A stretch of 64,000 bases of DNA, taken from assembly GCA_964483315.1 (NCBI GenBank), contig CAZAAL010000001.1, positions 274,733 through 338,732 on the forward strand, given 5' to 3'. Every line of letters starts with the position of its first letter. Positions within the stretch are counted from its first letter, which is position 1. The notes beneath the pieces are model-generated. The model saw only the letters and a list, made by a program, of their open reading frames with translations, did no database searches and was not told the origin of the DNA. This document shows, one piece after another, positions 29,458 to 37,393 of this stretch. This stretch comes from an uncultured Candidatus Saccharibacteria bacterium (GTDB lineage Bacteria; Patescibacteriota; Saccharimonadia; Saccharimonadales; UBA10212). The translations under genes were made by a program, and so were the position numbers.

Positions 29458-30810
29458 ATGAATCCACTTAATATCAATTTTAAGTCTGCGCACCGACTGA
29501 AAACGGTACCGATAGCTTTTGCGGCTCTGACGCTTTCGCTATCAACTGTATTGCCGTTGCTAGCCCCCGGCTCTGCTGATGCAGCTACTATGACGAATCG
29601 TAATGTCGTCATATCGTCATCAGAAGCTAGCCAAACCGGTACTGACTATCAATTCAACTTTACCTTCCCGTCTACTACTGCGGCTCAGAGCATTCGCTTT
29701 GAATTTTGTACAAACCCACTTGGTTCTTGTACTAAGCCAACTGGTATGGACATTAACTACACACTTACAACATTAAGTGCTACCCAAACATTTTCTGAAG
29801 CCACACTGTTCACAGAATATACTGGTGCGGACGCTGGTGCTTGTGACGATCACAATAACGGTACTCCAGCTAACTCTACTGAATACTGTGTTACTCGTAC
29901 CGATACCGATTCTGAAACAGCTGCTGCCAAGCAAATTACTATTCAGAACGTTACTAATCCATCTACTGAAGCTTCATTCTATGTACGTATCTCAGTATAT
30001 AGTGATACCGCTTTTGCCACTGAAGTTCACAGTGGTACCGTAGCTGGTGCAGTTGTTAGCCAACTAACCGTAACTGGTCGTGTCCAAGAGCGCCTACAGT
30101 TCTGTGTAGCAGCTATTGGTGACGGCGGTGCTACCGACACAACTCTACCTTCAGACGTCCCGACTTGTATCGCCCTATCCGAAACAACTGTTGACATCGG
30201 TGTAATCGATAGCTCATCTACCCCGAGCATGGCTCCAGTTGACAACACCACATCACTACTAGGTGACGACGAGTACGGTATAGCTATGATTAACACCAAC
30301 GCTGGTACCAGCACAACTCTAACCTTCTTTGCTGAAGATCCAACCGCCGTATCTGGTGGTGATACTCACCAACTTAAGTCCTTCCGTGTAGTACCAACCG
30401 ACTGTGACGCAGTATCTTCAACCGCTACTGACCAATGTTTCCAATCAGCCGCTAACGGTGGTGCAGGTACCACAATTACATCTGGCACAGAATGGTTTGG
30501 AATGTACGTACCATGTGTTGACACTACTCAAGGTGCAGTCTCAACACCAATGACCGTTGACGCCGATTTTAACGGCTTTGACAACGACACTGCTGATGAC
30601 GCTGACTGTGAAAACGACGACAAATCTGACAACGGTGGCTTACCAAACATTGGTTGGAACACAAGTACAACCGCTACAGACATAGCCTCACGCTCAGGAG
30701 TTATTGACGACGCTATAGTCAAACTATCCTTTGTAGGTCAAGCTGCTGCTACTACACCAACCGGTACATATACAGTTGTTACTACCTACATTGCTACTCC
30801 ATCGTTCTAA
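29458..30810 (+). CDS. secreted fibre-subunit-like protein P2 (tandem duplicate 1)
   Basis: AGGAGA RBS. Signal peptide ..PGSADA|ATMTNR. Motifs SIRFEFCTNPLGSC and LQFCV...VDIGVIDSSST. C-terminal strand TGTYTVVTTYIATPSF*. Confidence 0.72.
   Translation: MNPLNINFKSAHRLKTVPIAFAALTLSLSTVLPLLAPGSADAATMTNRNVVISSSEASQTGTDYQFNFTFPSTTAAQSIRFEFCTNPLGSCTKPTGMDINYTLTTLSATQTFSEATLFTEYTGADAGACDDHNNGTPANSTEYCVTRTDTDSETAAAKQITIQNVTNPSTEASFYVRISVYSDTAFATEVHSGTVAGAVVSQLTVTGRVQERLQFCVAAIGDGGATDTTLPSDVPTCIALSETTVDIGVIDSSSTPSMAPVDNTTSLLGDDEYGIAMINTNAGTSTTLTFFAEDPTAVSGGDTHQLKSFRVVPTDCDAVSSTATDQCFQSAANGGAGTTITSGTEWFGMYVPCVDTTQGAVSTPMTVDADFNGFDNDTADDADCENDDKSDNGGLPNIGWNTSTTATDIASRSGVIDDAIVKLSFVGQAAATTPTGTYTVVTTYIATPSF
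29644..30810 (+). repeat. 1167-bp direct repeat, copy 1 (identical to 31226-32392)
   Basis: Offset of 1582 bp. Several lines were spot-checked base by base. The translated ORFs and all shadow ORFs in the track are identical. Identity starts abruptly at 29644 and ends at the stop codon. Confidence 0.9.
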
Positions 30811-30880
30811 ATGACAGGGAAGAGCCCTACACATCACAAAACAAAAAAGCACAGACTTTTTAAATAAAGATTAAGCTATC

Positions 30881-30919
30881 AATCCCACCCAAATTTTATG
30901 GGTGGGATTTTGAGTTTTG
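30881..30919 (+). terminator. intrinsic terminator after P2
   Basis: 11-bp stem AATCCCACCCA/TGGGTGGGATT, 7-nt loop, T-rich tail (TTTGAGTTTT). Confidence 0.75.
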
Positions 30920-30931
30920 TAGATCTAATAT

Positions 30932-30947
30932 GGCCTGTGGATAAGTT
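30932..30947 (+). promoter_or_regulatory. GGCCTGTGGATAAGTT upstream motif (DnaA-box-like)
   Basis: Read directly. Located 114 nt upstream of the ATG at 31058 and 16 nt upstream of the -35 box. Confidence 0.5.
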
Positions 30948-30960
30948 ATTAAAAAAGTTG

Positions 30961-30989
30961 TTGCAATCAAAACACAAGCGTTGTATGAT
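30961..30989 (+). promoter_or_regulatory. sigma70-type promoter of P3
   Basis: TTGCAA-17 nt-TATGAT. Confidence 0.5.
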
Positions 30990-31057
30990 AGCGCTTAGTT
31001 GGTAAAAAATAAACACCACTATATAAAGGTTTAAAATAAAAAAAGGAACTCGCAATC

Positions 31058-32392
31058 ATGCAATATTTTAAATATCAACTTAAATACGCTAGGGTATTAG
31101 CATTATCTTTAGTCCTTGGCTTAGCAACCGTTTTGCCGATATTGGTCCCCGGCTCTGCTAGTGCAGAGACTATGACGAATAGAAGCGTACTTATCTCAAC
31201 CTCCAGGGCTTCCGCCACGGCAGTAGACTATCAATTCAACTTTACCTTCCCGTCTACTACTGCGGCTCAGAGCATTCGCTTTGAATTTTGTACAAACCCA
31301 CTTGGTTCTTGTACTAAGCCAACTGGTATGGACATTAACTACACACTTACAACATTAAGTGCTACCCAAACATTTTCTGAAGCCACACTGTTCACAGAAT
31401 ATACTGGTGCGGACGCTGGTGCTTGTGACGATCACAATAACGGTACTCCAGCTAACTCTACTGAATACTGTGTTACTCGTACCGATACCGATTCTGAAAC
31501 AGCTGCTGCCAAGCAAATTACTATTCAGAACGTTACTAATCCATCTACTGAAGCTTCATTCTATGTACGTATCTCAGTATATAGTGATACCGCTTTTGCC
31601 ACTGAAGTTCACAGTGGTACCGTAGCTGGTGCAGTTGTTAGCCAACTAACCGTAACTGGTCGTGTCCAAGAGCGCCTACAGTTCTGTGTAGCAGCTATTG
31701 GTGACGGCGGTGCTACCGACACAACTCTACCTTCAGACGTCCCGACTTGTATCGCCCTATCCGAAACAACTGTTGACATCGGTGTAATCGATAGCTCATC
31801 TACCCCGAGCATGGCTCCAGTTGACAACACCACATCACTACTAGGTGACGACGAGTACGGTATAGCTATGATTAACACCAACGCTGGTACCAGCACAACT
31901 CTAACCTTCTTTGCTGAAGATCCAACCGCCGTATCTGGTGGTGATACTCACCAACTTAAGTCCTTCCGTGTAGTACCAACCGACTGTGACGCAGTATCTT
32001 CAACCGCTACTGACCAATGTTTCCAATCAGCCGCTAACGGTGGTGCAGGTACCACAATTACATCTGGCACAGAATGGTTTGGAATGTACGTACCATGTGT
32101 TGACACTACTCAAGGTGCAGTCTCAACACCAATGACCGTTGACGCCGATTTTAACGGCTTTGACAACGACACTGCTGATGACGCTGACTGTGAAAACGAC
32201 GACAAATCTGACAACGGTGGCTTACCAAACATTGGTTGGAACACAAGTACAACCGCTACAGACATAGCCTCACGCTCAGGAGTTATTGACGACGCTATAG
32301 TCAAACTATCCTTTGTAGGTCAAGCTGCTGCTACTACACCAACCGGTACATATACAGTTGTTACTACCTACATTGCTACTCCATCGTTCTAA
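31058..32392 (+). CDS. secreted fibre-subunit-like protein P3 (tandem duplicate 2)
   Basis: AAGGAA RBS. Signal peptide ..PGSASA|ETMTNR. From residue DYQFNF to the stop it is identical to P2. Confidence 0.72.
   Translation: MQYFKYQLKYARVLALSLVLGLATVLPILVPGSASAETMTNRSVLISTSRASATAVDYQFNFTFPSTTAAQSIRFEFCTNPLGSCTKPTGMDINYTLTTLSATQTFSEATLFTEYTGADAGACDDHNNGTPANSTEYCVTRTDTDSETAAAKQITIQNVTNPSTEASFYVRISVYSDTAFATEVHSGTVAGAVVSQLTVTGRVQERLQFCVAAIGDGGATDTTLPSDVPTCIALSETTVDIGVIDSSSTPSMAPVDNTTSLLGDDEYGIAMINTNAGTSTTLTFFAEDPTAVSGGDTHQLKSFRVVPTDCDAVSSTATDQCFQSAANGGAGTTITSGTEWFGMYVPCVDTTQGAVSTPMTVDADFNGFDNDTADDADCENDDKSDNGGLPNIGWNTSTTATDIASRSGVIDDAIVKLSFVGQAAATTPTGTYTVVTTYIATPSF
31226..32392 (+). repeat. 1167-bp direct repeat, copy 2
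   Basis: See copy 1. Confidence 0.9.
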
Positions 32393-32421
32393 ACTAAAAC
32401 AAAAATAACAATTAAGGGGAC

Positions 32422-33468
32422 ATGAAAAGGGTATTTAAATCAGCCCAAATACTACTAACGGCACTGCTAATCTTAGCAGTGCCTGTAGTTTTTAGTTTTA
32501 ATAATGTTAACTCTTTAAGTATGTTCCAAAAATCAATAACCGTGGCTAACCCATTACCCTCGGTGACTACATCGCATTCATTTAGCTTTAACGTACCGAG
32601 TAATGCATCGGTTGGCTCAATCGAATTCGAGTATTGTCTTAATAATGCCTTTGCAGGCACTCCGTGTACTGTACCTACCGCAATTAATGTTTCTGGGGCA
32701 GTAATTGCTTCACAAGTAGGGATTACTGGTTTTAGCGTACATGGTAGTACATCAGCAAATAGGTTGGTTTTAACTAAAGCACCCTCGGTTGTTGGCCCAG
32801 CCTTAGCTCAGTATCAATTTAACAATATGATAAATCCATCTGACGCTGAAACTAGTATTTACGTTAGGATCGCGACTTTTAGTAGTATTGATGGTACTGG
32901 AGCACGAGTAGACGAGGGTGGGGTAGTTTGGAGTACAAGTGGCGGAATTGGAGCTGTTGGGTTTGTGCCCCCGTATATGACATTTTGTGTCGGTATAACG
33001 GTTTCCTTAAACTGTTCTAGCACTAGTGGCTCATTTATCGATATTGGTCAGCTTAACTCGAGTAGTACAAAATCCACTACTACCCAATTTGCCGTAGCTA
33101 CTAATGATCCGGATGGATACAATATTTTTACTTTGGGTACAACAATGACATCGGGAACAAATATTATTAACTCTTCTTCATCCTCACAGCCCAGTATAAC
33201 TGGGTCTAGTCAATTTGGCATAAACCTAAAGGATAATTCTTCGCCAGATATAGGCGCTGAAAAAGCTGGTGTAGGCTCTGGCAACCCATCTGCCAACTAT
33301 GCGATTCCAAATCAATACGCATATAGTAACGGCGCAAATATTGCAAGCTCGTCTTTAAGCACTGAATTTAATTTGTTTACAGTCAGCTACATTGTTAATG
33401 TGAATGACACTCAACCAGCGGGAAGATACAATACAACAATTACGTATCTAGCAGTCGCTTCTTTTTAA
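32422..33468 (+). CDS. secreted fibre-subunit-like protein P4
   Basis: AAGGGGA RBS 29 nt after the P3 stop. Signal peptide present. Motifs SIEFEYCLNNAFAGTPC, MTFCV...IDIGQLNSSST and SQFGINLKDNSSPDIGA. C-terminal strand AGRYNTTITYLAVASF*. Confidence 0.68.
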   Translation: MKRVFKSAQILLTALLILAVPVVFSFNNVNSLSMFQKSITVANPLPSVTTSHSFSFNVPSNASVGSIEFEYCLNNAFAGTPCTVPTAINVSGAVIASQVGITGFSVHGSTSANRLVLTKAPSVVGPALAQYQFNNMINPSDAETSIYVRIATFSSIDGTGARVDEGGVVWSTSGGIGAVGFVPPYMTFCVGITVSLNCSSTSGSFIDIGQLNSSSTKSTTTQFAVATNDPDGYNIFTLGTTMTSGTNIINSSSSSQPSITGSSQFGINLKDNSSPDIGAEKAGVGSGNPSANYAIPNQYAYSNGANIASSSLSTEFNLFTVSYIVNVNDTQPAGRYNTTITYLAVASF

Positions 33469-33470
33469 GC

Positions 33471-34445
33471 TTATTTTTTATTTTTGCTGAATAGGGACTT
33501 ACCAGATCGTCGTCTTGAGTAAAAAATTCCAAATACAATCAGTACAACTACTACTAAAATGGCGATTATCATCCAAAGTGGAACAACATAGAATGTTTTC
33601 TTTTGGGTTATAACTTCACCACCCTGTTTAAAGGACAAACTCGAAACAATCTCATATTTACCTAGTCCATTGATGTTTTTTAAATCATCCGTAAAGTTAC
33701 GGCTAGATTCAGGTAGCACGGTCGCCCGGTTGGGGTTAGGCTTATTAAATTCGAATGAATAGATTTCCTTGCCGTTTTTATTGACAGTCACCTTACCAAA
33801 TGGCTGCACAAAAGTGTTCCCTGTATTTGTAAGTCGCGACGTGGTTTTATTAGGGTTATTAAAGAAAAATGTACCGGCCTTGTCATCAATCAAGACTTCT
33901 AATTTGTCGTAAGTCATGCCTTCAGTTGTTTCGCCGGAGACTTGAAGAAGCACCAATGACGCAACACTTGCGGTTAGAGCAACTTGTCGCTCTTGTTCTG
34001 TTAAATCACGGCCCTTTGGTATTGCAGCGTAACGTACAACCCCATAATATGCTCCAGGTGAGGCATTAGATGGTACACTGGCTGTGATTTCTACTTCTTT
34101 AGATTCATTTGGCCCTAGTTCATAATCCGAAAGGTTTTGCAAAAAAGGCTTTATACTGCGTGGGCTTTGCTTTTTGGGGTCAGTTTCGATTTGAGGAGAC
34201 CCCGACTCATCGTCTGAAGAAAAATCATTAACGTAGACGTTCGCAAGCATCGGAATTGGCGATATATTTTTTATTGTTATTTTAAAAGACTTCTTTTCAC
34301 CAGGGAGAATTGAAAGTTCCGTTCTAGTTGGGGAAACTTGCAGACCACTTCCGCCTGTTTTGTTCTGTGCATTAGTTGTTGCGCTAGACAACACAACTGT
34401 AATTAGTAATACTGCAAAAACTGCTATACGCATTAGCGATTTCAT
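33471..34445 (-). CDS. DUF916/DUF3324-like cell-surface protein (two Ig-like halves, C-terminal TM anchor); candidate chaperone or anchor of the locus
   Basis: AAGGAGAGGG RBS and a signal peptide. LQVSPTRTELSILPGEKKSFKITIKNISPIPMLANVYVNDF, then ..PGAYYGVVRYAAIP, then a second beta domain. C-terminal PLWMIIAILVVVVLIVFGIFYSRRR. Confidence 0.6.
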   Translation of the reverse strand: MKSLMRIAVFAVLLITVVLSSATTNAQNKTGGSGLQVSPTRTELSILPGEKKSFKITIKNISPIPMLANVYVNDFSSDDESGSPQIETDPKKQSPRSIKPFLQNLSDYELGPNESKEVEITASVPSNASPGAYYGVVRYAAIPKGRDLTEQERQVALTASVASLVLLQVSGETTEGMTYDKLEVLIDDKAGTFFFNNPNKTTSRLTNTGNTFVQPFGKVTVNKNGKEIYSFEFNKPNPNRATVLPESSRNFTDDLKNINGLGKYEIVSSLSFKQGGEVITQKKTFYVVPLWMIIAILVVVVLIVFGIFYSRRRSGKSLFSKNKK

Positions 34446-34550
34446 TAAATCTGACCCTCTCCTTTTATGGTAATGATTATCTGCTAGTTTATCAGAAATT
34501 TTTTATGTTATGCAAACACAAGCCTCTAAATAGTTGAGTTTTAATCTGTT

Positions 34551-35465
34551 ATGTATTATGGTTATGTTATGCAAATAAAAATCATAAAAACCACAACAGT
34601 TGTGGCTTTTGCGGTTATGCTAGTTCTTTTAGGATTGTTTTTTGTTAACAAAAATTTTGTAAATGCTCAAAGTACACAAAGCGGCTCGCTGGGTCTTGAA
34701 GGAGTTGTGCCTGGAAAAGCACCGACACAGCCGGCTCAGATATCATTTCCAACTAATGGCCAAACTTTTAGCGCTCTTCCTATAACTGTAACTGGAATCT
34801 GCCCAGATAACACACTCGTAAGGCTGTACAAGAATAATGTATTTAGTGGTTCGGCTCAGTGTACAAATGGTAATTTTTCGATACTTACCGATTTATTTAC
34901 TGGCAGAAACGATTTAGTTGCTAAAGTGTTTGATGAACTAGAACAACAAGGGCCAGACTCGGCTGTTGTATCGGTAACATTTACAGACCCAACAAACGCC
35001 GCTGGTATCAGGGTAAGTGTGACTAGTATTTATGCTAAAAGAGGGGCAAACCCCGGATCAGTACTAACTTGGCCGTTAACAATTAGTGGTGGAACTGCGC
35101 CATTTGCAGTTAGTGTAGACTGGGGTGATAAAACACCTCCAGATTTAATCAGTAGGCAATTTGCAGGTGATTTTACTGTTCAGCATACATACAACTCAGC
35201 TGGTGTATATAACATTGTTGTCAAAGTAACTGACTACAAGGGAGTCACATCATTTTTACAAATAGTTGGCATAGGTAACGGTAAGGTTCAAGGGCTAGAA
35301 AAAACTAACCAGAGCGCCGAAGGGACTACTGGAACCGTAAGGGTTATTGTGTGGTGGCCGTTAGCGCTTTTAATACCGTTTATAATCATTACATTCTGGC
35401 TAGGTAAACGTCATCAGGTTTCGGTTATACGCCGAAAAATTAACGAAGGCAAACGACCTTTTTAG
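34551..35465 (+). CDS. PKD-domain surface protein with N-terminal signal/anchor and C-terminal TM helix
   Basis: PKD signature VDWGDKTPPD...HTYNSAGVYNIVVKVTDYKG. C-terminal VIVWWPLALLIPFIIITFWLGKRH. An alternative ATG lies at 34569. Confidence 0.65.
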   Translation: MYYGYVMQIKIIKTTTVVAFAVMLVLLGLFFVNKNFVNAQSTQSGSLGLEGVVPGKAPTQPAQISFPTNGQTFSALPITVTGICPDNTLVRLYKNNVFSGSAQCTNGNFSILTDLFTGRNDLVAKVFDELEQQGPDSAVVSVTFTDPTNAAGIRVSVTSIYAKRGANPGSVLTWPLTISGGTAPFAVSVDWGDKTPPDLISRQFAGDFTVQHTYNSAGVYNIVVKVTDYKGVTSFLQIVGIGNGKVQGLEKTNQSAEGTTGTVRVIVWWPLALLIPFIIITFWLGKRHQVSVIRRKINEGKRPF

Positions 35466-35514
35466 ACGTAATAACTAGAAAATTACGCAATAATTTGATA
35501 AAATTACAAATCAA

Positions 35515-36570
35515 ATGAAAACCGTTTATGTTGGAATGAGTGGTGGAGTCGATAGCTCAGTTACAGCTTTGCTTTTAAAAGAACAAGGCTACAACGTGGT
35601 TGGTGTATATATGAAAAACTGGAGCAAGGATATACCCGGGTTTCCTTGTCCATGGAAAGAGGATTATCAAGATGCTAAAAGGGTCGCAGTACAGCTAGAT
35701 ATACCTTTAAAGCTTTTTGATTTTGAAAAGCAATATAAGCAAAAAGTAGTTGATTACATGCTTGAAGAATATCAAACGGGCCATACTCCCAACCCCGATA
35801 TAATGTGCAACCAAGAGGTGAAGTTTAAACTTTTTTTAAAGACCGCATTAGATGAAGGTGCAGATTTTATAGCAACTGGTCACTATGCAAAAACTAAAAA
35901 CGGTATGCTTTTTATGGCAAAGGATTTAAATAAAGATCAAACTTACTTTTTATACAGGGTTAGTAAAAATGCGCTAAAAAAGACACTGTTCCCTTTGGGT
36001 GATTTAACAAAACCACAGGTCAGAAAAATTGCTCAGCAAAATCATTTAACAACGGCCACAAAATCCGAAAGTATGGGAATTTGTTTTGTGGGTAAAGTCG
36101 GTGTTAAAGATTTCTTAAAACAGTATATAAAAGCAACTCCTGGCGATATTTTAGATCAAAATGGCGTTAAGGTAGGTGAACATGATGGCGCTATTTATTA
36201 CACAATAGGGCAACGACATGGGCTTCAGGTTGGTGGTGGTACACCTTATTATGTAACTTCAAAGGATATGCAAAAAAACGTGGTATATGTATCAACTGAC
36301 CTTAACGATAAAAACCTTTGGTCAAATCAAATTTACTTGACCAACATTCATTGGATAAATGATGCACCAAAAAAGAACGACTTATTAAAAGTTCGTACAC
36401 GGCACAGAGCCAAGTTAATGGACGTAAAACAAATTAAAAGCTCAACAAAGTATTACAACCTAGTGCTTAAAGATGAAGTTAGAGCTTTAACGCCAGGTCA
36501 ATCTGCCGTGGTCTACAAGGGTAAACAATGCCTAGGTGGTGGCGTTATAAGTCTGGGATTTGTAGTTTAA
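35515..36570 (+). CDS. mnmA: tRNA 2-thiouridine(34) synthase
   Basis: PP-loop VGMSGGVDSSV, NPDIMCN and the GHYA motif. Confidence 0.92.
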   Translation: MKTVYVGMSGGVDSSVTALLLKEQGYNVVGVYMKNWSKDIPGFPCPWKEDYQDAKRVAVQLDIPLKLFDFEKQYKQKVVDYMLEEYQTGHTPNPDIMCNQEVKFKLFLKTALDEGADFIATGHYAKTKNGMLFMAKDLNKDQTYFLYRVSKNALKKTLFPLGDLTKPQVRKIAQQNHLTTATKSESMGICFVGKVGVKDFLKQYIKATPGDILDQNGVKVGEHDGAIYYTIGQRHGLQVGGGTPYYVTSKDMQKNVVYVSTDLNDKNLWSNQIYLTNIHWINDAPKKNDLLKVRTRHRAKLMDVKQIKSSTKYYNLVLKDEVRALTPGQSAVVYKGKQCLGGGVISLGFVV

Positions 36571-36632
36571 AAGCTAAAGCGCTATTATAGCTTTAGCGCA
36601 ACATTAATAAATTAATATAAGGAAAACCTAAA

Positions 36633-36977
36633 ATGGGATTATTTGATTTTTTAAAAAAGAAAAAAACTGACGTAGCTGATCACCCTGTAGTTAACTCGGC
36701 TCAAGACACAATGAGTGGCGTTGTTGATAGCGCTCAAAATACTGCAAGCTCTGTGGCTGACAGTGCCCAAAGTACTGTTTCAGGTGTAGCCGACAGCGTA
36801 GGCTCAGCCGTAGATAGCGGTGTTAACGCTACAGCTGAAGCTGTAAAAAGCGTAACTCCAGATTCTGTTGATCAACATGTTGATAATGTAGCTGATGCAG
36901 TTACTGGTGGTGATAGCTCTTCAAGTACACCAAGTGAAGGTTCGTCAGACCAACAACCTCCTGCAAACCCAGCTTAA
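36633..36977 (+). CDS. hypothetical low-complexity protein with [VA]DSAQxTxSxV repeats
   Basis: AAGGAAAA RBS. About five degenerate 11-aa repeats, with a Ser-rich tail. Confidence 0.5.
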   Translation: MGLFDFLKKKKTDVADHPVVNSAQDTMSGVVDSAQNTASSVADSAQSTVSGVADSVGSAVDSGVNATAEAVKSVTPDSVDQHVDNVADAVTGGDSSSSTPSEGSSDQQPPANPA

Positions 36978-36984
36978 TTAGAAT

Positions 36985-37308
36985 CTAGTTTTCTTGATCT
37001 GTTGGGGTAGATCTTGCGATCGATTCTTCACCAGCCCTAGCGACTCCATGGGCAAAATCTGCAGAATCACTTACAGCTTCAATAATTTTGTGTAATTTTT
37101 CAGGCATTTCAGCAACCGGTACATCAATTAAATCATTTAATATAACGCGTCCAAAGACGCCATGTTCATCCGGTTGCTCAGTTAGAACAAAGAGAATATG
37201 TTCTAATATACACACCGCTTGATCTAGGTGGACTGCTTTGTCATATTGTTCTGCAACTCTAAGCCGATCCCTTTCGGTTGGGAACCTTGAGATTTCATAC
37301 TCACTCAT
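36985..37308 (-). CDS. hypothetical acidic protein
   Basis: ORF only. No domain recognised. Confidence 0.45.
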   Translation of the reverse strand: MSEYEISRFPTERDRLRVAEQYDKAVHLDQAVCILEHILFVLTEQPDEHGVFGRVILNDLIDVPVAEMPEKLHKIIEAVSDSADFAHGVARAGEESIARSTPTDQEN

Positions 37309-37393
37309 AATAATATTATAACAATAAACTTTGTATAAGTCAATTATTTAATATGCTATTTAAATAACTTTACCTCTGTTATAATCATTTATA

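Noticed and set aside
36633-36977. Tandem nucleotide repeats as a non-coding satellite.
   Set aside because: The periodicity is 33 nt, in frame, and degenerate at synonymous positions within an ORF that has an RBS. This is a coding 11-aa repeat rather than a satellite.
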